DNA of 62,548 nucleotides, the filler included, from Dugesia japonica (lineage: Eukaryota): NCBI GenBank assembly GCA_001938525.1. It is 6 parts of 6 records of this genome, joined end to end, with 100 filler letters (N's around TTAATTAATTAA, not from the genome) between each part and the next. Parts side by side here need not be neighbours in the genome. Positions count along the whole stretch, not along the records: positions 41,414 to 52,898 come from MQRL01644774.1; positions 52,999 to 62,548 come from MQRL01584808.1; 4 more parts are not named here. One strand, written 5' to 3'. Made by a program: the position numbers and the translations under genes. Under the pieces are notes generated by a model. It was given only the letters and a program-made list of their open reading frames with translations, made no database searches and was not told the origin of the DNA. This document shows, one piece after another, positions 51,640 through 62,548 of this stretch (its first letter is position 1; each line of letters opens with the position of its first letter).

Positions 51640-52898
51640 TTCAAGGAAAAGGAAAGAAATATAATAGATAGTTCAGATGATAATTAAGAAATAAAGATGG
51701 CTTTGAAGATGATTGGAACAATTTTCAAATGGTGGAGGAAATGGATGAAGAAGATTTTAAGTTACAAGAATTTATCAATGAAGAAAATGTGCTTGTCGAT
51801 TGCTCTCTCAATGAAGATGTGATAATAGAAAGTAGCCTATATAGATGTCACCAGATATCAAAATACATGTATCAAAATGAAATACTTGGGAAATAATTTT
51901 ACCAGAATCCTTGATTGAACAGTTACTTAAAACAATTGAAGAATAAAAAACGNGAAGATTCAATTTGGAATCAATATGGAATTAGAAAAAGTAGATGACT
52001 AATAATTCTTTCGAAGATTAAATAAAAGAATTAACCGAAAAGATTGTAATAAGAAGCAATCTCATTTTCAATTGGATACTAAACAACATTTTATAAATAA
52101 ATTTCAAACCAACAAAAGTATAAGATATCAGCAGGCTATCTAGTCATAGTTACATCACAGCTCACATTAAACTCATAAAGAAAATGAATGTTGTTTATAT
52201 TAAGAACACTGAAAATATGCATTTTTATATACAGAGTCTTGACTATTCTTAACTAATCAAAAACCAACGTCCCTTTTTAGTACGCATTTTTATATCACAT
52301 TAAAATTATAAATAATTGTAGACAATTGTAAATAATTTATTATTATTTTACTCAGGAAATTTCGTTTTATGTTTTCTAACTATAAAATTACGATTAAACT
52401 ACAGAAACCTTCCAAAGACTGTAAAAGATGAAAACAATAGATATTTTTCAAAAGAAATTCATGGTCAAATTCCGGTTTTTAATCGGTTAAAACAGGATCA
52501 AATTGATACAAATCATAGAAATCGAATGATGAAGAGGAAATGCTTATAAGGTTTGCAAATATTACAAAATTTGAAAAGAAAATCTCAGACTTATCGATGA
52601 ATGTTTAAGATGAAACTCTAATGCAGTGGAAGACGATGGTGATGTTATCATGAAGCATCCGAATTTGAACTTTATCTATCGGTCAAAAGTAAAAGATGGA
52701 CAAGAGATCTATCTTTTACTTTTAGAAAATTCCGACAAATTTCAGTACACATCAGTTATGAATTTTAATGGTTTAATAAGTAGAGATATAAAACAGAATG
52801 GTGTTCAAAACTAATCAATCATGTGTCTTAGTGGATTTTGGAATAATATGGCTTACAAGATTCATGAATCAATTAATGAGATAATTCAGACGGACACA
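51640..52898 (+). mobile_element. Second Polinton/Maverick relic (N-terminal part of pPolB)
   Basis: DDGDVIMKHPNLNFIYRSKVKDGQEIYLLLL is homologous to 59755-59850; LYRCH and NTENMHF match 59100 and 59520. Confidence 0.8.
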
Positions 52899-54304
52899 NN
52901 NNNNNNNNNNNNNNNNNNNNNNNNNNNNNNNNNNNNNNNNNNTTAATTAATTAANNNNNNNNNNNNNNNNNNNNNNNNNNNNNNNNNNNNNNNNNNNNCC
53001 GGGTTGTTCTTATTTCTCATCCAGGAAGTAGTGGGGCGGTAAATACCAGCTATTTTGGTATGAGTCATCAGCTGATTTACTTTTCACTACAACAACTAAA
53101 AAATTTAAATGAAAAAAAATTAAGTTGCAACTACATTGTAAAAAATGTTTTTAAAATACGAACTTTGTATTCACAGTTAGTTATTTAACAATTTATTCAT
53201 AATGTTAAAGAAAAATCTATAACAATATCATTTAGATTAATGTGTGATTGAATTTTGTGTGATAACATCAGCTCATAATATTTTTGAGTTTGATACTCAA
53301 ACTTCATATTAACAGATAGAAATTGACTTTTCATTTGAAGTTTTTGATACTGTCGACGAATTAGTGAATCCGTTAGTTATAACTAAATCTCAATAAATGA
53401 AATTTCGAAAACCTTATTAAACCGATCGACATAAACTGTAAAATTTGCCCAAAATTCTAATCGAATTAAAACAATGAGACTTAATAGATTTCACGTAAAA
53501 TCTAGTATAATAAATAGAAAAAGATTTCTATATTCGATGAAATTGACTTGCTTGAAAATAAAATCTTCAATTTGATTTGAATGTTTAAAACTAGATTATG
53601 ATAATTGAAAAGCTATCTCACTATAATTAGTGGAATTTAATAAATTGTTTCCAACAAAAATTGATTTTCTAACACACAAACTCTAACATACCAAATCTCT
53701 GTCTTCTTCATAAGCTTTTATGATTCGTTCTTTGTCTACAGCAGAAATATTGTTAAAATATAATAAATATGAATTAAAAATTAAACAATTACTTTGAACG
53801 GCTTTTTGGCAGCCTGCAGGGCTCTGTTGAGTCAGAACTCATAATTTTCGCAATTAATATTTAAAATTTTTAAAATTGTAGCTGTTAAACTTTTTATAAA
53901 CTTATTAATGTTTTGATTAAAATATGTGTCTGGGTGTGTGCTTGCTGCGTGTTTGTTTATTTTTTCTTACCTTTTTAGATTTCTATATTAAATTCATCTC
54001 TTAAACTTTTAAGTAAGATTTTATGTATACAAATTTTATTTTCTTATTTTATAGACATCCAATCAAAATCCAGCAATTTATTATCTGGTAAGAATTTGAT
54101 TGTCACAATTAACTTATTAAACTTTTTTAGTGTATTCATTTTATAGTGCAATGCTTCTGTAATTTCAATAAATTTTCTAACCGCAAAACTGAATTCTTGA
54201 TTTCACTTAATTTTAGTTAAAGATATTTTTATTTATTATTTCTTCTAAAATAAATATATTAAATAAATAATTATATTTGAATTTTTATAAAATTTATTAA
54301 CTAT

Positions 54305-55043
54305 TTAATTGTCTGTTGTTATTTCATTACTTTTTTCAATTTTATTATCGGCTTTTTCCAATTCTTTTTTTATCATTTCTTCAAAAGTCAATCCTTGATA
54401 CTTTTTGGATTTTCGTGGGGGCCCAAGTACGTAAAGTAAAACAGAAATCCATTTATAGATGAAAAATAATTGAATAACAACAATCAGCATACAGAGCATA
54501 AAATATGTTACATCTTCAACATGAGGAAGACTTTCTGGACCTTCAATTTCTCTTTGTGGCATTTCTTCATCATCTCCTAAATCATCAGGCAAATAATAAT
54601 CGATTGTTTCTCCTAATTCATCTTCGGTAATTAATGACAGGCTACCGCTTTTTGTTTGCAAACAAAAATGATAGATATCATCCATTTGTAGACCTGGACA
54701 TTCATATTGTAAACGTCGTCTAGGACCAATACATCGTTGTTTAATGACATTTGTTTCACATTCTCTACTTTGTGATCTATATGGCATTTGAAAACAGACC
54801 TCTGCTTTACTTGGAATATAACAATCACTCCATTCAGACCATTCTGACCACAATGGATCTGGTGGCATTATTTCACAGTTTTGTCCTTCAAATCCAGTTT
54901 TACATTTACACAAATATGAACCAACCAAATTCTGGCAAATAGCACCATTCTTACAAGGTTTAGTAGTTTCACATTCATTGATATCGACACACTTAGCGTT
55001 GTCTATACTATCGATTTTGTAAATGTTTTTAGGACATCGACAC
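54305..55043 (-). CDS. Last exon of an EGF/cbEGF-TSP1 single-pass membrane protein
   Basis: TTTTCAG|(R)CRCPKN...[50 protein letters not shown]...RSQSREC, hydrophobic [28 protein letters not shown] and a basic tail. Confidence 0.88.
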
Positions 55044-56146
55044 CTGAAAAATAATTGACTAAATGTTTCGATAACAATTTTTTATACGATAAAAAATTGT
55101 TTTTCCTTATTCAAACTCTAGAGTCACACTCATTCTAAATATTCTCTGATTTAGAATTATAAGAGTAATTCATAAATGATGAATATCTTGAGAATTTTTT
55201 AATTTAATGATTTGGAATATATTATATAGTATTATATTAAAATTAATTCTTGAAATACTTTTAAATATTATTTAGAATATTTTATATTAAAAACAAAGTA
55301 TATAAGAGTATATATTTTTGTGAAAATTTCAATTGGTTTAAATAATTTTTATATTGTATTGTATAAAAAATATAATAAAACTATCTTTTAAATTATATTA
55401 ATATTTTTTGAAAAATTTATATTACCGATTTTTTAAAAATAATAAAAATTAATTATAAAATTATTTTGAAAGATTAGTAAAAAAATATTGGGTATTCGAT
55501 ATTTTTAAATATAAAATTTTAAATTCTCTCAAATGAATAGTAGGTAGATGGTGGCGCCACGGCACAATTTTTTTATCACAATTTGGGTGGACGTGTATGT
55601 TGGGAATGTGTGACGTAATAATTTTTTNAAATCTTTATTTTGTGTATAAAATGCTGTACTTTGCTTAAAATGATGAAATTATTGAAAATAATGGTATTTT
55701 GAGTATTTGATGTATTTTTGAGTTGGCAGAGTTGTTTTTAATATTTTTTGAAGGAGGAAAAAGGGAGTCTGGATATTTTTGTAGGGAAATTTTTTGGCAG
55801 GAAACTTAAAAATTTTTTTTTGGTGAGAAATTTAAAAAAAATATTTTTTGGCCGGAAATTTAAAAATTTATTTTTGGGATTGAAATTTTTTTAAAATTTA
55901 ATTAAATTAAATCTAATTAAAAATTTTTTAGAAGACTTAATATTTATGTATGAGATGGGGCAGTCTTGATATTTTGCATGAGATGGGTGAATTCTCTAAA
56001 TTTTGCATGAGATGGGAACAGTCTCTACATTTCTAAAATTTCCTAGATTTATGTTACATGTCTATTGCATTTATTTAAATTCCCAGGCATGCGATTTTCA
56101 GTGTATTAGTGTTTTTAACTTTCAATTATAAACAATGTTCTAAATT

Positions 56147-57624
56147 ATGAGTAAATTAAAGAAAAACAAGATGGAAAGATTAAGAAATGATGCAGTCTAT
56201 CAAATTGGTGGACCCAGCGGTAGTGGGAAAACTTTGTTTGTATGTCAATTATTGAAATCAAAGTTATTCAAGTCAAAATTTAAAAACATATACCGGCATA
56301 TAAGTACAGATGAGGAGCATGGATTGACTAAATCTGAATTTTGTAATATTAAAATAAAAATTATAAATGGTTTTGATTCTAATTGGAACAAATGATTAAG
56401 ACCAGGTGATGTTATTGTTGTTGGTGATCTGTATCAAGAGGCAAACGAAGAAAAAGATTTCAATAATTTATTCACAAAGATATCAAGACATTGTAATGTT
56501 ACTGTGATATTTATTACTCAAAATCTATTTCATCAATGAGGTAGTCATGGAACCCTCAATTCGTTGGGTATTTAACTCAACAAAAGATTTTATGGTTCGT
56601 ATTTGATACTAGTATACAGATACTTGGTTTGTAGTTTTATGGGTAATGATTTTATCTCTATGTATATGTCAATACTATACTATATAATCAATATTCGATG
56701 ATATAAATAGTTATAGTGTAAATTACCTTATATAAATAAATAAAAAAACCCTTGTAAAAGTACCCTTTTATTTTTTATGTATAAACAAATATTCTTATAT
56801 ATTAACACCTTATTAGCTCAATTTAATTTGACAGAGGACTGCTGCCCGAAGAGGTTAGAGTCTCTGCAAATGAGAAAAGTCTGAAAAAATAATAGTTTCA
56901 ATCAGTATTTATACTAAATTTGATACACATGTGTGCCTATAAGCACCATTCAAATCTACTTAATATTTCAAAAAAATATTTCACACAAAATAAAAATAAA
57001 ATTCACCTGCTTGCAAATTTTCACAAAAATAAAAATCAAATCCACCTGTTTGCAAATTTTTTTACAAAAATAAAAATAAAATAATAATTATGTGCAAAGT
57101 AAATAAAAATATAAATGTTTGGATCAGGATTTTCAAAATGTCTAAATTAAAATAAATGTTTAAATCAGAATTATGATTGAATTGCAACATATAGTTATAT
57201 TAACACAATGCTTTCTAATTGGTTGATGATTGATTGGGTCTGTTCTTTATAATTGATTGATGCTTGATTAGGTCTGTTCTTCGACTATTGGCTTGAATCT
57301 GATGATTGAACTGTGTTGTTGTTATATTTGCATGTTATGTTATGTTCTGTGTGTTTGTGATTCTGAACAAATGTAAACGTCCAATATTTGGTTCTATTCA
57401 AATATCCTATAGATCAGATTGTTGTTGATTTTCTAGAAAGACAAGCATATCCAAATAACAAACACTTTCTTATTGAATGCTTTCAAGATGCAACAGAAAA
57501 ACCACATAGATATCTATTTCTTGACTTTCCACAAATATGTCTAGATGAATATAGAGTGAGAACAGATATATTCAATCCAAATGGTATCACAATATATATA
57601 AACAAAATAGGTACGTTTTCATAA
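56147..57624 (+). pseudogene. Polinton A32-like packaging ATPase, split by an 809-bp insertion
   Basis: Walker A GGPSGSGKT, Walker B-like VIVVGDL, FTKISRHCNVTVIFITQNLF | YLVLFKYPIDQ...DATEKPHRYLFLD...RVRTDIF. Confidence 0.9.
56561..57369 (-). mobile_element. Solo-LTR-like insertion in the Polinton ATPase
   Basis: On the minus strand it runs TGTTCAG...ACCCAACGA, is flanked by AAT on both sides and has several CCAAT boxes near its start. Removing it restores TLN-VNVQYLVLFK. Confidence 0.65.
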
Positions 57625-57902
57625 TATTACAAAATATGACAAAATTAAAGAAATTTGTAGTTGATCAAGTAACTGATTGTGTTGTTAAACGCCAGAAAAT
57701 ATCTTTTGAGAAGAAAAAGTATGGAAAAAAGAAGAAACAATTGTATAAGAAACATCATATAAATAAAAAGCAACAAGTAAATAAAAGGAAACAAATGAAT
57801 ATATTTAAAAATCTTGCAAAAAGAAGTGGAAATAAGCTGAGAATGTGAACAGAAAAACGAATATAAGCAAATAAATGGTTTGTATTATTTTAATAAATAA
57901 AG

Positions 57903-58050
57903 ATGAAATTACAAAGAAATATTCCCTTTTTTACAGCTTTGATTAAATCATCAAACCTTTAAGAATTGGAATTTTACAATCATTTCCACCATATGTTATA
58001 GACTATTTACTTGAAAGTATTATAAATATTGTTCGTGGTAATCTAGATTT
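57903..58050 (+). pseudogene. Small conserved Polinton ORF remnant (PX-like)
   Basis: ALIKSS, RIGILQSFPPYVIDYLLESIINIVRGNL resembles the NhhxGNh motif of small Polinton proteins; frameshifted. Confidence 0.45.
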
Positions 58051-58139
58051 ATATTAATAAATATATTAATAAACATTTGACGGATTGCAATCATTACCTA
58101 ATTTTGACTTAAAATTTGCATCGAGTTGCTGTAATGGGA

Positions 58140-58790
58140 AAACTAAAGACAATATGAACGAATCCAAAAATTCCAGCAGGTTTTCGAGGCGGAGAAAAAT
58201 TAATGAAAGCAGCTCAAAAAACGAAAAGAAAGACGAAAAATTGGTTATCGGGTCAACTAGCGTACAGTCTAAACAAGCCGATGTTGAAAACATTTCCAAC
58301 AAGAGCATATAAAACATATGGTATTGAGGATTTATGGCAAATTCGGAAATTAATAAAGGGCACAAGTATATTTTGACAAGTATCGATGTATTCAGTAGAT
58401 TTTCAAGAGATATTCCTGTTAAATGAAAATTTGCTAATGATATGGAACCAGCAATCAAGTCAATGTTTAAAAATGGACATCCAGATAATTTACAAACGAA
58501 TTTGGGTAAGGAATTTTACAATTTCAAGGAGAAACAACTTATAAATCATCTATCCCTAAACCATTATAGCGCATTCTCTCAGTATAAAGCTGCACATGTA
58601 GAGAGATTTAATCGTACATTGAGAGATGCATTGAAAAAGCACTTTTTACATGTTGGTAATAAGACTTGGATAAATGTTTTACCGAAACTTATTCATAGTT
58701 ATAATCATTCTGGTCATAAGGGATTAAATGTAGCAAGACCGGTTGATGTAAGTAAAAGCAATCAATTAAAGTTATGGTTATTGTTGTTGA
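58140..58790 (+). pseudogene. Polinton retroviral-type (rve) integrase
   Basis: PAGFRG, WLSGQLAYSLNKP, DLWQ, KYILTSIDVFSRF, LQTNLGKEFYN, AHVERFNRTLR and YNHSGH. Confidence 0.92.
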
Positions 58791-58799
58791 AGAAACCAT

Positions 58800-60920
58800 C
58801 AATTTGGAACCGAAAGAAGAAACATCAAATATTGTACAAGAAGAAGAAGCAATTAATAATGAATCTGATGATTGGAGCAATTTTGAAATACTTGATGAAG
58901 TTGATGAAGAAGATATTGTGTTTCCTAAGCTCATCAATATGGAAGAGCAAAACAATCAAGTTGGTGGATTGATAATGAATACTGAAGAAGATTTTATGTC
59001 ATAAAAATTTATGGATGTAGAAGAAACGGAAAATAATAATCAAGTTAGTGGATCAGTAAATATAACTGTGGATGATGAAGTTATTATATAATCGTATTTG
59101 TATCGTTGTCATAGGATACTTAAAATAAATGTATCAAAATGGAATTCTCGTGAAATAATGATACCAGAAGCTATAGTAAACAAATTATTGTAAATAAATG
59201 AAGCAAGTTAAAATACAATTTGGGTGCATGTTGAGTTCAAAAGGATAACAACAACTGCTGATGGAGAAGAATTTGAGTTTAAAACCTGTATGATATCAAA
59301 TAGAGCCGTTGCATTAACTAATAACTTTGTTGAAGATGATATAAACCAATTGAATGAGAAAATAACATTAAGAAGCGAACTAGGCTTCAGTTGGATGTTG
59401 AATCAAATACTGGAAATTAATTTTAAGATCACAAAGTTTGCAGATATTTAACGACTTCCAGAAAAAGGTTATATTCTAACACTGAAAGATTTAAAAAGGA
59501 AAAGGGCGATTGTAAACATTAAGAATGATAATAATTACTGTTTTATTTACAGTATTCTTGCTATCACCAAACAAGATCAAGTTGGAGAAAATAATAAAAA
59601 CCGCGTAATATTATAAAAAAAAATACATGTCAGAGCTTGAATTTGATGAAGAGGATATGCCGATGAAACTGATTGATATACCAAAGTTCAAGAAGAATAA
59701 TCCAGTACTATCCATCAATGTATTATCGTGGAACCAAGAATCAGTGGATTAGGAAGAAGATGACGTAGTAATGAAACATCCAAATTTGGATATAATACAT
59801 CGTTCTAAAGTTGTAGATGGAGAGAAAATATATCTATTATTACTATTAAATAACAACAGATTTCATTACACAGCAGTAATAAATCTAAATCGCCTAATGA
59901 ACAGGGATAATAAAAATAAAAGTGTTCGTATTTCGTCAACATGGTGTCGTAACTGTCTCAATGGGTTCAAAAATAGAGTAGCTTATGAAAAGCATGAACC
60001 AATTTGTGAAAAAATCCAGACAGATACCACAATGTATACGATGCCATCGGAGAAGAATTTAATTTTTAAGTATTATTCAAAAACTTTAACACCATTTTTT
60101 GTTATATATGCAGACTTGAGTCGTTTTTACCTCCAGACGAGAAGCATTTCCAGAAACATTTACCTGTTTCGGCTGGTCTGTTGTTGGTAAATAATTTTAC
60201 CAACGAAACAAAATACAGACAGTTTATTGGAGGTGACTGTGTGTATAATTTCTTAAAGGCTGTGGAGAAAATAAGCGAAAACATTGTGTTTCCTTATTAT
60301 GAAACANAAGGAAAAAAGAAAATTATAATAACAACGGATCAAGATAAAGAATTCAAAGCTACAAAATTTGTTATTTATGCAAGAAGGAAATAAGGGATCC
60401 CGTTCGTGTCCATGACCATTTCACACGGAAAAATAGNNNNNNNNNNNNNNNNCAATGCAATTTAAGTAGACAATTGCATATTCAACTACCAGTGGTCTTT
60501 CATAATTTACGAGGATATGATCTTTATCACATCCTCAAGTATGGTATTAACAAGTTCAAGAATCCCAACAACATCAAAAAAATTTCTATGTTTAATTTTA
60601 CGGCAAAATAAAACAACAATGAAATTCATCGACAGCTATCAGTTCATAAATTCCTCATTGGACTCTGTTGTTAAATCCTTAAAAGCGACACCTTTGATTA
60701 AAAAGGAGTTTAAGAATCAGATTATTACCAAGTCAAAAGGGATATTTCCGTAAAGTTTAGCAACGAGCTTACAGGTTCAGGAAAAAACAAAGCAAATGCC
60801 ACCAAAATGGGAGGATGTTAGTAGAGAAGAATATGATAAAGCATTATCGATGTGGGAAATATTTGGTTGTACAAATTTGTTGGACTATATGATGTTATAT
60901 TTAAAGTTTGCTGATTTAGA
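58800..60920 (+). pseudogene. Polinton protein-primed family B DNA polymerase (N-terminal and exonuclease part), truncated
   Basis: AIVNIKNDNNYCFIYSILA, HYTAVINLNRLM, CRNCLNGF, PFFVIYADL, HDHFT, PVVFHNLRGYD, KFIDSYQF, KGIFP and LLDYMMLYLK. Confidence 0.92.
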
Positions 60921-61312
60921 TCCCAGTTTAAATACATTTAGGAATATTGCTCGTAATTTATATTTATCCAACATGTTTTTTAAAAATAATATTTTACAAT
61001 AAAATAGTAATAAAAATAAAATATTACTTGTATAATGTAGAATTGAATATACGCTTCAAAATGACATATATATTAATATATTAAAACAAATTGTTCTTTT
61101 CTTCGTACGAAAATTAAAGTTATCCTTTAAACAATCTTAGTATTTTATATGATTTTAAAATATATTATTATATAAGTGATAGATCTTAATTGATGATTTT
61201 GAATTTTAATAGCTTAATACTTTTATCTATTGAATTAATGTTTTTCGATTCTATATTTTGAATTTCCCCTAATTATTAATATGGATTTAAATTAAATTAT
61301 TTTAATAATAAC

Positions 61313-61927
61313 CTAAATCCTTGTTTGATATTATTTGCGTCTCTAAGACACGTAAATTCTCCACAAGTTGAAATAGGTGGTTCTTCAGCACATGGATTTC
61401 TTTCTAATTCACAATATTGACCTTTAAATGCTGGTGGACATTTGCATTTTATTTTATTAAGCAAAACTCCATTTTCATCAGATTCTCTTTCACATTCTCC
61501 CCCGTTTTTACACGAATTAATGTTTTTACAAAATATAGCATCATAGTCTTCAACACAAGAATCAAGAAAGTAGTCGTATTTGAAATACATTCGGCAATTA
61601 CATTGACCATCCAATGCTGTCATGTATTGTAATCCAATTAATCTTAATAAAAATTTCATATTCACCTTCATTTTCAAAAATTCAATTGAAAGTTTTTTAT
61701 TTCTTGGTAATCTGTTATACCATTGAAGAAATTCTTCTCGAACATTTTCCACATTTTTGGTTTTACCAGTATGTAATTGACCGATTATATAATCACTGAT
61801 TTTAGAGTCCATAATATTTTGACAAGTACCGGTACTATTGCCCATATTTTTACATCGTGTCAACTTGACTTTACAGGAATCCGGGCAATTAAATTCCGAA
61901 TCTATATTTCGAAGACATAAAGCCAAT
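61313..61927 (-). CDS. Cys-rich/EGF exon of the EGF-TSP1 membrane protein
   Basis: TTAG acceptor; CPDSC...C, CKNGGECE...CKCPPAFKGQYCE and NPC...CGEFTC...GF(AG)|GTTATT; the phase matches the exon at 55043. Confidence 0.88.
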
Positions 61928-62131
61928 CTAAATATTATTACTTTTAACTTTCATGAAATGAATTGTCTAAATTTTCCAAAATCAAAAGTTCAAAATTGGA
62001 AATTTTCTAAAAAAATAGAAAATCATATTTTTTTGTTTAATTTCAAATAATTACCCTTCCGAAACTGAAAATAATAAATTAAAGTATATTTTGATTATTA
62101 TTCTCGGTATAATCTATGACTCTTATTTAAG

Positions 62132-62540
62132 AGAGTCTAGGACGATTCATCCAAGATTGTTCATGCTGAAGGACCATTTATCCCAAGATGGTTCATCCAG
62201 AAATATTGATTTGAAATAAATCAAACAATTTTTAATAACGTATTTTAAGTTTCCATTTATCATAATTTTAATTACAAATTACGTTTAATAAAAACATTTT
62301 ATTAAATTTTAATTATGAGAAAAATATGCAATTACTCTAAAATGTATCAATACATTCGTTTTTCTATATCTTTCCATCACGCAATTTACCCTAACAATTA
62401 GATTTGTATTTTTTATGTATTCAAAGTTACATGATTTTATTAAGAACATGTCAACTTTTCAAAACGAAACTTTTTATACAAACCGTCCCGAAATGACTAA
62501 TCCTCCATGATGAACAATCTGGGATGAAACATCCGCCTGC
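62132..62540. mobile_element. MITE-like element with imperfect inverted ends
   Basis: TTCATCCAAGATTGTTCAT (about 62146) is inverted as ATGAACAATCTGGGATGAA (about 62510-62528); AT-rich core. Confidence 0.5.
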
Positions 62541-62548
62541 CTGATTAC

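Larger units (their letters stand above)
55539..60920 (+). mobile_element. Decayed Polinton/Maverick element inside the EGF gene intron
   Basis: AGTAGGTAG start where family X homology ends, then packaging ATPase, small ORFs, rve integrase and protein-primed PolB in tandem; 3' truncated. Confidence 0.9.

Noticed and set aside
56830-56870. Possible hammerhead or twister ribozyme
   Set aside because: No CUGANGA/GAAA core or twister consensus found on either strand; only a simple hairpin is supported.
1-62548. Prokaryotic systems (CRISPR arrays, operons, rRNA/tRNA)
   Set aside because: No regularly spaced repeat-spacer array or RNA gene seen; spliceosomal introns and animal genes show that the DNA is eukaryotic.

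Overview
Very AT-rich, intron-containing animal DNA from a draft assembly. A planarian-like flatworm is plausible but is inference only. The window is six scaffolds (about 1-12443, 12544-20951, 21052-30447, 30548-41313, 41414-52898, 52999-62548) joined by artificial 100-nt N44-TTAATTAATTAA-N44 linkers, so adjacency across linkers is meaningless. Recognisable host exons: T-type Ca2+ channel (Cav3) domain IV S6 and C-tail (minus), phosphatidylserine synthase 2 (plus), and an EGF/cbEGF-TSP1-TM membrane protein (minus). The rest is mostly mobile DNA: decayed Ty3/gypsy elements, several Tc1/mariner relics, hAT MITEs, two Polinton/Maverick relics and a dispersed Helentron/HINE-like repeat. The standout is a 3.1-3.3 kb TGTTGGG...CCCAACA element present in two divergent copies (12944-16214 and 24278-27355). 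Copy 1 has a 4-bp TSD confirmed by an empty-site paralogue. The element has no recognisable transposase, RT or integrase, but carries at least two apparently spliced coiled-coil genes conserved at the protein level and conserved base-paired domains at both ends. It looks like a gene-carrying giant solo LTR or a non-autonomous integrase-mobilised element. All calls come from manual reading and translation; no database searches were run.
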